Part shown: positions 31,057 to 39,611 of the stretch, one piece after another
How the letters are laid out: every line of letters starts with the position of its first letter
How positions within the stretch are numbered: the first letter of the stretch is position 1
Virus record (IMG/VR): IMGVR_UViG_3300021401_000004
Span: 1 to 64,000 of that record
Source: a virus
Reading direction: 5' to 3' (one strand)
DNA length: 64,000 nucleotides
Made by a program: the position numbers and the translations under genes
The notes under the pieces: generated by a model
The model's input: the letters and a program-made list of their open reading frames with translations, nothing else
Database searches by the model: none
What the model was told of the DNA's origin: nothing

Positions 31057-33686
31057 ATGGGCTATAGCCCGAGTTCTAATAACCAGTCAAACCTGCCTCA
31101 GTCCACGGTTCGGTACTACGACAAAAAGTTCCGTTAAATGGTTCTTGCGGAATAGGGTCGAAGCTCGTGTGCCAAGAAACAGGAGAACCTGAAGGCACAG
31201 ACGCCGTTCGTCGCGTGTTCCGAACGTTTGGACCTCCCGATGAAATCTGGTAACCAGTACAACTTGTATCAAACAGGTACCCTCATCGCGTAAGCGATGT
31301 TGAATAACGTGGCTATATCGGGGGATAACTCATTGAGTCAATCCCGAGGGAAGTCTAAGTGACCCCGTAGAGACTACACGCCGCGCCCCGGAAACGGGTG
31401 ATGATATAGTCCGCACTTACGGGCGACCGTAAGAGGTTGGCAGTTATACTTGCCCGCCGCAACAAAATGGATGTATGTTCCCCTCGCGGCCAACACCAGT
31501 CAGACGACTGAAGGAACTGTTGGCGCGGGCGTGAGCGTATCTGTACTGAATACCTCGGCGACAATCGGTGAGTTGATTTGCGGCTCACCATAAACTTGAC
31601 TATATCGGTGGACATCTGCTATAATGGCAGACAATACCGAGCCAAGACTAACCGTTTTACAAGCCTATTAAATAATCCAAAAGGATGGCTAGAATGTCAG
31701 ACAAATCAAAATATTCGTACCTCGCTGGAATTATTGATGGCGAGGGCTGTTTTTGCATCGGAGCTGGACGACGCCAGAAGTGGGGCGTCATCAACTACAA
31801 TCCGCAGATATTGGTTGGCAATACGGACCATAGATTGACTGCGTGGCTGAAGGAAAACTTCGGGGGCGTAACTTTTACGCAACGCCCGAATAACCCGAGA
31901 TGCAAAATTCCGTCTATTTGGCGGTTGTCGAAAAAGAAGGACATGGAACTTCTTATTTTGGCAATCATGCCTTATCTGATAATCAAAAAAGAGCGTGCAA
32001 TTGTCTTCCTAGAATTTCTACGGCTTCCGCCGACAATGAATCCCGAACGTCGGGAAGAGTTGTGGAAACAGTTGTCGATCTTGAATAAACGGGGAGTAGA
32101 CGTAGAGACTAATACGTCAAGCAGTTCGGAAAACGAACTGAAGATAGAGTCCGAACTTACTGGTGACAGTAAGAGTGGCCCTGTGGTGACACAGGAGACG
32201 GCGACGCCCGTAATGACTGCCTAAAAACAGCATTCCCAAAACACAGTTGACGCTGATTACGCTAACTTCTCCAGCCTCAGTCTGGCGACCGCAATCGACA
32301 ACACTGTCGAAAACGTCGCCCGAGAGATGGCCTACCGTCTCGGCGAGTCCCTGTCCGCTTTGGTTCGTGCAACTGCGGACGGCGCGAACTCCGTGGATTC
32401 TTCGGTCCTGACCAAACTGGCCGCGACCTCGACCACGAGCTTCACGACTCTCTCCTTGACCTACATCCGAAACGCCGTGCAGTCACTTGCTGGGCGTTCG
32501 GTTCGCCCGTTTGACGAAGCTTCCAAAAACTTTGCTGGTGTGATCCATTAGGTTGCGGGCAACCGCATAAGGGTGGATATAAAATTCTCTCTGATTGACT
32601 CGAACGCTGAGATGCCAACGAGGGGCAAGTCAATATAGTTCCATAATGGAAACATATTGACAGCCTGAACGACTAAGCGAGAGAACGTTCATGTCGCATG
32701 AACGATGCAATAGTCTGAACAGTACGGAAAATGAACGTACTGAAGTAAGCAGAAATGACTTGCTCGGGCAAATCGCCCGTAACAACTTGCCTTTTGCACT
32801 CGGCGATGTTTTGGCGGACAACTCGAACGATTCGCCAATCGATATCCTGAAGCGTACTCCGCAGGGTTACAGCCGCCTGGATGAAATCATCTCGACGGAC
32901 TTGACCGAAGTCATTGAAATCCCGACTTCCGGCGTAAGCTTCTTCCAGTCAAACTTGGTGACCACCAGCCCGAACTACAATCCGGGAACTGGCGCGGTTA
33001 CGGGCTTGACTGCTCTGCGTACGTATATCTTCGGGCGCGATGGCATTTTCTCCATCAACCTCGGAGCGCAGGGTGACACCGGATACGGTGACGGTGAGTG
33101 GCGGAATATCCGTTTTTCATAATGTTTAGCGGATACAAAATTTCTTCTAATTGACTCGAACCCTGGAATGGCAACGAGGCGCAAGTCCAGAAAACGGACA
33201 GCGTGAGAGACTAAACGAAGAAACGCCTTCGGGCGATGCAATAGTCCGGTCTTCACAGAACAACAAATGTGAAGAGGCAAGCAGAAATGACTTGCCCGTC
33301 GAAAGACGTAACACAGACGTGCAACATCGTGCAAAACGCCGAGCCTTCGGTTGCGGACCCCAGCGGTCTAATTCCGGGGTGGACCAGCTATCGTGTTCAC
33401 TTCACGACCAGCTTGGGTCCGGATACTACAATCCGTATGTCATGGTAAAGTCCTAATGCGGATTCAAAACTCAATCTTATTGACTTGAAACCTGAAATGG
33501 CAACAAGGCGGAACCCTTCGGGGACCGTGAGAGACTAAGCGATTGAGCGCCTTCGGGCGATGCGATAGTCCGAACATACGGAAAACGAACCGTATGAGGT
33601 TGGCAGAAATGACCAATCTCAACAGCTTGTAAGTTGTTGATAACAAGGCGATTAGGGAAATTGACGCGGCCAGCGCAATCAGCTAA
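31057..33686 (+). CDS. Major capsid protein (N4-gp56-like), join(31057-31134, 31183-31269, 31471-31573, 32250-32548, 32790-33113, 33320-33436, 33651-33686), 347 aa
   Basis: AGGTGA RBS. Exons total 1044 nt with no internal stop: YYDKKFR|ENLKAQTPF..GNQYNLY|MYVPLAANTSQTTEG..IGE(Y)|ADYANFSS..GVIH|PFALGD..WRNIR|CNIV..DPSGLIPGWTSY..TTIR|IREIDAASAIS. Follows portal and scaffold. Confidence 0.88.
31135..31182 (+). other. 48-nt core-less group-I-like mini-intron (I1)
   Basis: Follows U and ends in G; GCGGAA pairs with exon UUCCGU (U.G at the junction); GGUUCUU pairs with 3' exon GAGAACC; holds two in-frame stops. Confidence 0.7.
31270..31470 (+). mobile_element. Group I intron I2 (~201 nt)
   Basis: P7 GACUA 31372 / UAGUC 31407; AAUCCCGAGGGAAG; P9.0 CA:UG before the terminal G. 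The 5' boundary is less certain (4-bp P1). Confidence 0.85.
31574..32249 (+). mobile_element. Group I intron I3 (676 nt) carrying a LAGLIDADG ORF
   Basis: P1 GGUGAGU:GCUCACC; P3 CUUGAC:GUCAAG; GACUA 32107 / GAGUC 32147; terminal G. Confidence 0.92.
31685..32224 (+). CDS. Intron-encoded single-motif LAGLIDADG homing endonuclease
   Basis: YLAGIIDGEG; FGG; PYLIIKK. Confidence 0.92.
   Translation: MARMSDKSKYSYLAGIIDGEGCFCIGAGRRQKWGVINYNPQILVGNTDHRLTAWLKENFGGVTFTQRPNNPRCKIPSIWRLSKKKDMELLILAIMPYLIIKKERAIVFLEFLRLPPTMNPERREELWKQLSILNKRGVDVETNTSSSSENELKIESELTGDSKSGPVVTQETATPVMTA
32549..32789 (+). mobile_element. Group I intron I4 (241 nt)
   Basis: P1 AUCCAU:GUGGAU; P10 AAGG:CCUU; GACUA 32671 / UAGUC 32711; splicing restores IHP. 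Confidence 0.9.
33114..33319 (+). mobile_element. Group I intron I5 (206 nt)
   Basis: P1 UAUCCGU:GCGGAUA; GACUA 33209 / UAGUC 33242; P9.0 GUC:GAC. Confidence 0.9.
33437..33650 (+). mobile_element. Group I intron I6 (214 nt)
   Basis: P1 AAUCCGU:GCGGAUU; P10 UCCUAAU:AUUAGGG; GACUA 33533 / UAGUC 33566. Confidence 0.9.
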
Positions 33687-33694
33687 CAAGCTGC

Positions 33695-33723
33695 TTGACA
33701 AACCGCTTCGGTTTTGCTATACT
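33695..33723 (+). promoter_or_regulatory. sigma70-type promoter
   Basis: TTGACA-17-TATACT. Confidence 0.8.
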
Positions 33724-33811
33724 GATACTAGCTCCGTGAAATTCGGAGCGACAATTGGAAGGGTCGGGTGCCCAATCACTCGGCCCAACCAGTTCCCTAT
33801 TGGGAGGGAAT

Positions 33812-34525
33812 GTGGACAAAGGAAATATAGTAGGTCAGAGGTACGAGCGGCTCGAAGTCCTGATGCCCGCTTGGATAAACGAAAAACAAAATCAAGTTTG
33901 GTTGTGCGTCTGCGATTGCGGGCAAATTCGGTTTATCACCACTGCCGTTTGGAATGCCCAAAGTCGCAAAAGTTGCGGGTGTTTGCGTCGGGAAGTTTCT
34001 CGCGGGCAAACAACGGCCATGAATCTGGCACGGGCGGGCCAACCGCGATCCGCCAAAGGCAAGATAGCGTCTCAAGCAGCTTGCAAGAAAATGAACGCGG
34101 TGCGGCACTCTCACGCCCGCCACGTTCTGATTAAAGTAGACCCCGAGCGTTTGGTGGGCGAATGTGATGTCTGCGGGGCCGTTCCACTCAAGATAATGAA
34201 GCACCGCGTCGGCAATCAACGCGACCAATATCTATGTTGGGTGGGTTCTTTGCGGGTTCACAACGAATACGCGAATGCGAGAGTCCGTTATCCGAACCAC
34301 GCCTTGGAAATGTTTAACAAACAGGCCAACGCCTGCGCGGTTTGCGACGGGCAGATGATTAGGGGCGATGGTTTGGCAAATGACGGTATGGTTCTAGATC
34401 ACTGCCACACGACGGGCTATATACGCGGGTTTACGCATCAACGATGCAACAAAGGGCTTGCAATGTTTCTTGATCGTCCGGAAGTATTCCGCAAAGCCGC
34501 CGATTACTTGGAAAGAAATCGCTAG
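33812..34525 (+). CDS. Endonuclease VII-family (HNH-fold) homing endonuclease
   Basis: WLCVCDCG..SCGC N-terminus; CAVC..LDHCHTTGYIRGFTHQRCNKGL. Confidence 0.85.
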   Translation: MDKGNIVGQRYERLEVLMPAWINEKQNQVWLCVCDCGQIRFITTAVWNAQSRKSCGCLRREVSRGQTTAMNLARAGQPRSAKGKIASQAACKKMNAVRHSHARHVLIKVDPERLVGECDVCGAVPLKIMKHRVGNQRDQYLCWVGSLRVHNEYANARVRYPNHALEMFNKQANACAVCDGQMIRGDGLANDGMVLDHCHTTGYIRGFTHQRCNKGLAMFLDRPEVFRKAADYLERNR

Positions 34526-34701
34526 CCCGAGTAATTTTATGAAACGCCTCCTAATCATCGCCCTGATTTTGCTCGCCTTGTTTTGTATCGGGCAACGGGC
34601 GATCATCATCGAATACGAGCACGACATCGATAAACTGCACCAGGAACTCAAGCCATCTGCGGGCGTCGAGAAACCTCCGGCCTGCTTCGACGAAGATTGA
34701 C

Positions 34702-34730
34702 TTGACAAGGTTTCGGAAGTTTGGTAATCT
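34702..34730 (+). promoter_or_regulatory. sigma70-type promoter upstream of the RNA cluster
   Basis: TTGACA-17-TAATCT with upstream TG. Confidence 0.65.
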
Positions 34731-34913
34731 GTCTTTGGTCGATTATAGGAACGACAAATTACGGGCTAGCTGACACTACCCGCGACAAATCGTTCGTCCT
34801 GTCAGGGAAAACCGGAAGTAATCATAGGAACCTTTCGGGCGACCAATTTGTTTTGTCCGTTTTCTGGACTGGTGGAGGCGGCGAACCTGCTGCCCTAAGC
34901 TTGTGCGGTGGCT

Positions 34914-34982
34914 ACGTACGTAGCTCAGACAGAGAGCACTGAGACCATAAATCTCAGGGTCGCAGGGTTAATGCCGTACGAG
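34914..34982 (+). tRNA. Degenerate tRNA-like element (CAU-containing loop, short T-arm)
   Basis: CGTACG acceptor stem; TAGCTCAG..GAGC D-arm; CTGAGA/TCTCAG stem around CCATAAA; only a 3-bp T stem with no TTCG. Confidence 0.5.
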
Positions 34983-34999
34983 GCCCGCACAATTAAGTT

Positions 35000-35317
35000 T
35001 GCTCAGTTGAAGTGCTGTTAAGACGTGCAAGACCGGGCTTCGAAGCCCGCAGGTCCACCAGATCGCCCGTTAAGTCGGTCGGAAAACTTGACTTCGGGTT
35101 TGGCTGCCAATATTTGCAAACTGGTAATGGGCGACGTGACGGGCCTGAAATGGATTCGATTGCGCGGACGAGATAGCATGGATGGGCACGGATGCTGTGG
35201 CCACGTTACGGACACAGAAACAACAACCGCTACGACTAAACCTCGGGCGTTTGCGGCAGCCGCTTAATAAACGGCCCGCACGGAGTCAGCCGGGAACTCT
35301 GGAAAATAATCCCGGCA
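35000..35317 (+). ncRNA. ssrA: Circularly permuted two-piece tmRNA (acceptor piece ~35000-35060, coding piece 35141-~35317)
   Basis: T-arm plus CAGGUCC-ACCA ending at 35060 precedes GGGCCUGAAAUGGAUUCGA at 35141; G3.U70 pair; tag ORF 35229-35267 ATTKPRAFAAAA followed by TAA TAA. Confidence 0.9.
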
Positions 35318-35417
35318 ACTTTTGAATTTGCGGGTAACCCCGACCTGTTGGGTATTAGGCGGCGTACGAGGATGCAACAGGGAACTCCTCACGCAGAAGT
35401 CCTGCCCGTAATAAAAA

Positions 35418-35450
35418 CCGAGGCTCGGAGGCTAAACCTTCGGGCTTCGG
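35418..35450 (+). terminator. Strong hairpin closing the RNA cluster
   Basis: 14-bp stem with G.U pairs; A-run upstream, no U tail. Confidence 0.45.
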
Positions 35451-36001
35451 GTCCAATATGAACTTTCCCAAGACAGTTCGAGTCTACGATGCTATTGCGG
35501 GTGATTTTGTGGACAAGAAAGTGCGCTACAGGGAAGAAAAACTAGCTGACGGGCTAGTCTATCGCTCTTGGGTAGTTCCGAGCGACCAATCCGTCGAATA
35601 CATACACAAGAACGGCGGAGTTTACAAACGTATTACGGCGGGCTTCAGTCTTTATACGGAAAACGTATGACCTACCACTCGAAATATCCGCAAACCGAAG
35701 ATACCCAACAGAAGCTTATCAAATGGGGTTGGTGCGACACTCTTGTCCGCCCGCTGTATTGGAAAACCATTTACGAAGATAGGCGAGAGCGCCGTATTCT
35801 TACCACCTAGTACGGAAAACGTATGGAAGTTTTGATATGGTATAACTCGCCGTACGTTCCAAACGAGCCTGACGTTGTTTTTCTCTTCTCAAGCCCGCAG
35901 CTTGCCCGAAGATTCGTTAGTGATTTAGGCGATGTTCACGCGAGTTCTGTAAACAAATTTAGAGACCCGTTTAAAGCGGGAGTCGTTACGGTTGAAAACG
36001 T

Positions 36002-36331
36002 ATGACCTTCGAAGAATGGGCAGATCGGCTTGATCTTAGGGCGGGAGCCTTCGAGCAATTTCCGCCCGCAGGAATCAAAGACCCGTGGCGCTGTGACGGC
36101 CCTTGCAATCAGTTGATGTACGGGCAAGCTCGCGATAATAACTGGAACTACCCATCGCCCGAAGGCGTTCCGACAGGATATTTCTTGTCCGAAGAATACC
36201 CGCGAGTCTGCGACATCTGCTGGACATTATACAGCGTCCTGAAAGACCGAAGTTACTGGACGACCCTGCTCGCAGAACGCAGCAAAGCTTACAAGAAATT
36301 AACCAACGGTGGCAATTATCTCTCAACGTAA
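36002..36331 (+). CDS. Hypothetical Cys-motif protein
   Basis: CDGPC, CDIC; ATGA coupling. Confidence 0.6.
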   Translation: MTFEEWADRLDLRAGAFEQFPPAGIKDPWRCDGPCNQLMYGQARDNNWNYPSPEGVPTGYFLSEEYPRVCDICWTLYSVLKDRSYWTTLLAERSKAYKKLTNGGNYLST

Positions 36332-36820
36332 TGGAAATCAAGACGAATTTCTTCACGAAAGCCACCACAGCGCCCGCGCCGACAATGGCGCAGGTAATGT
36401 TCACGAATGACCCGAAGTATAGGGCGACGTATGGCGGTTGGCTGTACGAGAACTTTGACGAACTTGCCCGAGAATACAAGACTCACGGGCGATTCCTTTC
36501 CTTAGCTGAAATCCAAGACACTGATTCCCCTTTAGACCTTACATAAGTTCAAGCTACGGGCAAAAGATGGTCCGGACGATTGGATTATCGCCATCTTAGT
36601 TCGTACGCTTGCCCGCAGAGTCATCCTCTGCACCCCGCGCTTTGTCTGCGGGCAATGAGACAGAAAGAGTCGTCTTAGCGGGCGATTCTACGCCAATTGC
36701 GAGTTGAGGCGGCAGCCAACATACTTGCGACCTCCGAGAACTTGCCCGAGTTCATTTTCCGCACTGCGTCTATAGCGCCGTCCGGACGGAGGTAATTTTC
36801 TAGGACACTAAGGATAAATC

Positions 36821-37423
36821 ATGGGAACAGCAGGACGCGCCAAAGCTCCGTGGGAGGATTACGGAGAGAATCTGATGGGCCACGACTCGAAAGAGATGGA
36901 CGCCCTCATACGAAAGTATGCCGAGAATCGCTATGTAACCTCTAGCGCCCAGAATCAAGAAGAGTTGGCTCGGCAGAAGGAAATCAACTACGCGCTCGCG
37001 GCCCAATACCGCTTCCTTGATCCCGCCGACTACGAAGATATCCATGCCCGTATCGGGCAAGTTATGACTTACGAGCAGTTCATCGGAAAGCTCAGGGATG
37101 GCTGCAAGCTGAAATGCTTCTATCGCGAGATGGGGCATCCGCAGATGATCGCTCTTTGGGGCGTAAGAAAAGAAGGCCAGCAGGCGGACGTGATCTCGTG
37201 GTGCCAAAGGCCCGCCATGATTGAGCTAGAAGTACCCCGCTTCGATGACAAGGGCGTTCCTTCGGGATTCCGATATCGGGGTTGGAGAACTTGTCTGATG
37301 GACGCCCGCAGAAAAGGATTCCTTACCGAGGCGCAGATCAAGAAAGTTTTCGGGGAACCAATAGGTCCCGCCGCCCGCACATATTTGAAATTCATGCAAT
37401 CGCTTAGACAAAACTATGAGTAG
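36821..37423 (+). CDS. Hypothetical protein
   Basis: 200 aa; AAGGA RBS; RGWRT motif. Confidence 0.7.
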   Translation: MGTAGRAKAPWEDYGENLMGHDSKEMDALIRKYAENRYVTSSAQNQEELARQKEINYALAAQYRFLDPADYEDIHARIGQVMTYEQFIGKLRDGCKLKCFYREMGHPQMIALWGVRKEGQQADVISWCQRPAMIELEVPRFDDKGVPSGFRYRGWRTCLMDARRKGFLTEAQIKKVFGEPIGPAARTYLKFMQSLRQNYE

Positions 37424-37429
37424 GTTCTC

Positions 37430-37693
37430 ATGATTTACAGCACGTCAGATTCCCGCCTTGCGAGCTTCCTCCAGATTCGGGGCGTAGCCTTGCAGGGTAC
37501 GGACACTCGATACCAAGGCGACGAAGATCGCGTCCATCTTTTGTTCGAAGTAGACGAAGATAGAATTACGGGCCTCAAACGCGAGTTCTTTGAAGGCGGG
37601 CAAGTTCCTGCTCTGGAATTCGCAAATGTAATGAAATCCACGATGCACGCGATCCGCGAAGCCCGCGAACTATCCCGAGAATCCCTGCGTTAA
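37430..37693 (+). CDS. DUF5659-like small protein
   Basis: YSTSDSRLASFL...FF.G..V.A.EF pattern. Confidence 0.55.
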   Translation: MIYSTSDSRLASFLQIRGVALQGTDTRYQGDEDRVHLLFEVDEDRITGLKREFFEGGQVPALEFANVMKSTMHAIREARELSRESLR

Positions 37694-37753
37694 TCCATTT
37701 TCCGTACAAGACTCTGCCCGTCACGATCCTAACACCCAACCTAAAGAGGAACT

Positions 37754-38371
37754 ATGTCTAACGATCCGAAGCTCGTAAATGAATCTGGATTAATCAAAGC
37801 CGATGATGTGATATTGGCGTCCCCGTTGAGCGAACTAAATATCACGGAGTTAACTCGTCGGAAGTTGCTGACCGATATTTTGTCTCAAGAAGCCGAGCGA
37901 GAGGATGTTATTGAGCGTCTCGCCGATAGACGTAACAAGCGCAACACCAAGTCCCAAGAGTACGAATCTCGCGGGCGCGAGCTAGTCAAAACTGGCCGGG
38001 ATCAGGCAGCGGTTCAGAACGCTTGCCAGCATAAAAAGGGCGGCAGAGGGAACATTCCGGGCGGCTTCTTGCGCGGGAACGATGTAAATTATTCGGTCAT
38101 CAAGCACACCTTGCCGACTAATCAGATGTATATTCGCTGCACCCGGTGCGGCAAGACCTGGAAGCCCGTAAGTCAATTTGATTACGACATGAAATCCGCC
38201 GAAGGCAAAGCTGCATATGAAGCCGCGAAGGTTGAGTATCAGCGGGCAATTGATTTCAATACCGACAACATCGAATCGTCGAGCATAACTTTCCAGCACA
38301 CGAGCGACGATAACAACGTAACTGCTCAGAAGTTCGTCCACGACGTAATGAAGGACGTTACCCTTCGGTAA
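37754..38371 (+). CDS. Hypothetical coiled-coil/Zn-binding protein
   Basis: CQHKKG, CTRCGK; GAGG RBS. Confidence 0.7.
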   Translation: MSNDPKLVNESGLIKADDVILASPLSELNITELTRRKLLTDILSQEAEREDVIERLADRRNKRNTKSQEYESRGRELVKTGRDQAAVQNACQHKKGGRGNIPGGFLRGNDVNYSVIKHTLPTNQMYIRCTRCGKTWKPVSQFDYDMKSAEGKAAYEAAKVEYQRAIDFNTDNIESSSITFQHTSDDNNVTAQKFVHDVMKDVTLR

Positions 38372-38422
38372 CAAAAGATGCGAAACTCATCGCGGGCTCC
38401 GTTATAGCCGGAGCAACTTTAT

Positions 38423-38947
38423 ATGTCTAACAGCCAAATCTATCCAAGTTCGTCGTATCCAGGGTTTGGCGATCTCTTGACTACCCCAGGTTCGCCCGCG
38501 ACCACGGTAACCGGGCTCCAAACGTATCCTGTTGCTAATTTCGCGCCGCAAGCGGGTGAGATTCTGTACTTCTCGCAAGGCGAGTGGCAGCCTACTTTGT
38601 TTTCGGGCGTCCAAGGCCCGCAAGGCTCGCAAGGCCCGTTCTCAACTTTGTTTGATACTGCGGGCGATTCCGTAGTTCTCGGGCAGGGCGGGAATCAGTT
38701 CGCGATCAGCAACGCCGCTGGAAGTGCGTCGGTTAGTAATTCTTCGGGCAACGCGTACGTCACGATTAAAACTGGATTAACTATTTTAGGGGCGACCCCG
38801 ACCGCGCCCGCTTCTCAGTTAGGAGTCGGGGCGACAACGGCCACAACCGCGACAAGCGGCAGCGAAACATTGCCCGCGCAGCCCGCAGGATTCTTGGTAA
38901 TGAATCTCGGCGGAACCGTAATCAAGATACCGTACTACAATGCTTAA
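38423..38947 (+). CDS. Short fibre-like virion protein
   Basis: Three GXQ triplets; LPAQPAGFL..KIPYY fibre-type C-terminus. Confidence 0.65.
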   Translation: MSNSQIYPSSSYPGFGDLLTTPGSPATTVTGLQTYPVANFAPQAGEILYFSQGEWQPTLFSGVQGPQGSQGPFSTLFDTAGDSVVLGQGGNQFAISNAAGSASVSNSSGNAYVTIKTGLTILGATPTAPASQLGVGATTATTATSGSETLPAQPAGFLVMNLGGTVIKIPYYNA

Positions 38948-39064
38948 AAGACTTCTAAAACGGCTGATTCTCTGGGCGCTTGACGGCGGGCTTCCGCAGA
39001 TCGTGATTGTACAGAAAACGGATAGCCCGCAAATGATCGACATTCGAGTCCCGAAAGTAAAGCG

Positions 39065-39556
39065 TTAGATTTGGTTTAGCAAAGCGAAAGGGCCGTGCAG
39101 TTCCGAGGCAGCATCATTATAAGATTTGGCAGCCTCGATTTCCGTTTTGAATCTCCCAAGTTTTCTATTGCGCTTTCCCACCCATATTTGTGCCAGCCAT
39201 CTACCGGACTCCGCATCAAAAGACACGCCTTTAAATCTTGAAGTTGTTTTGCGGGTGGTTTTTCTTCTGTTTCGACAATTTTCCGACCGCGTGCATTTGC
39301 GCAGGTTACTTTTACGACAATCCAATCCGTTATGGTTTATATGGTCTACGTGGGTGTTCGAGTCTGAAACTTTAAGAATGAACCGATGCAGCCCAATCGT
39401 AGCCCGAGTTCCCTTGTTTCGCGGCCCGTGCCTCTGGGCGTAAATAACTCTGCTGTGGGGTTTGATGCACACAAACCAGTTGAATTCCACAACCCGTTCG
39501 TAGTCCTCGTCATCCACTAAAGCTTCGTAGCCACGATTTAGAGGAACTATTTTCAT
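39065..39556 (-). CDS. HNH-AP2 homing endonuclease
   Basis: ALVDDED, LHRFI, VDHINHNGLDCRKSNLR, SRFKGV, EAAKSYN. Confidence 0.92.
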   Translation of the reverse strand: MKIVPLNRGYEALVDDEDYERVVEFNWFVCIKPHSRVIYAQRHGPRNKGTRATIGLHRFILKVSDSNTHVDHINHNGLDCRKSNLRKCTRSENCRNRRKTTRKTTSRFKGVSFDAESGRWLAQIWVGKRNRKLGRFKTEIEAAKSYNDAASELHGPFALLNQI

Positions 39557-39563
39557 GTGGGAA

Positions 39564-39592
39564 ATTCTATCACATAACTTTTCAACTGTCAA
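39564..39592 (-). promoter_or_regulatory. sigma70-type promoter
   Basis: TTGACA-17-TAGAAT, 8 nt before the ATG. Confidence 0.75.
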
Positions 39593-39611
39593 GACGGAGA
39601 GGTAACTCCAA

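Noticed and set aside
31135-31182. Stop-codon reassignment or readthrough in the capsid gene
   Set aside because: Two different stops (TAA and TAG) lie in the insert, and all three stop codons end ordinary genes elsewhere in the window.
32327-33456. ORF-track entries 32327-32551, 32691-33122 and 33151-33456 as separate genes
   Set aside because: They are capsid exons extended into intron sequence, or off-frame readings.
35025-35267. 80-aa ORF
   Set aside because: It overlaps the tmRNA; only its last 12 codons are the tag reading frame.
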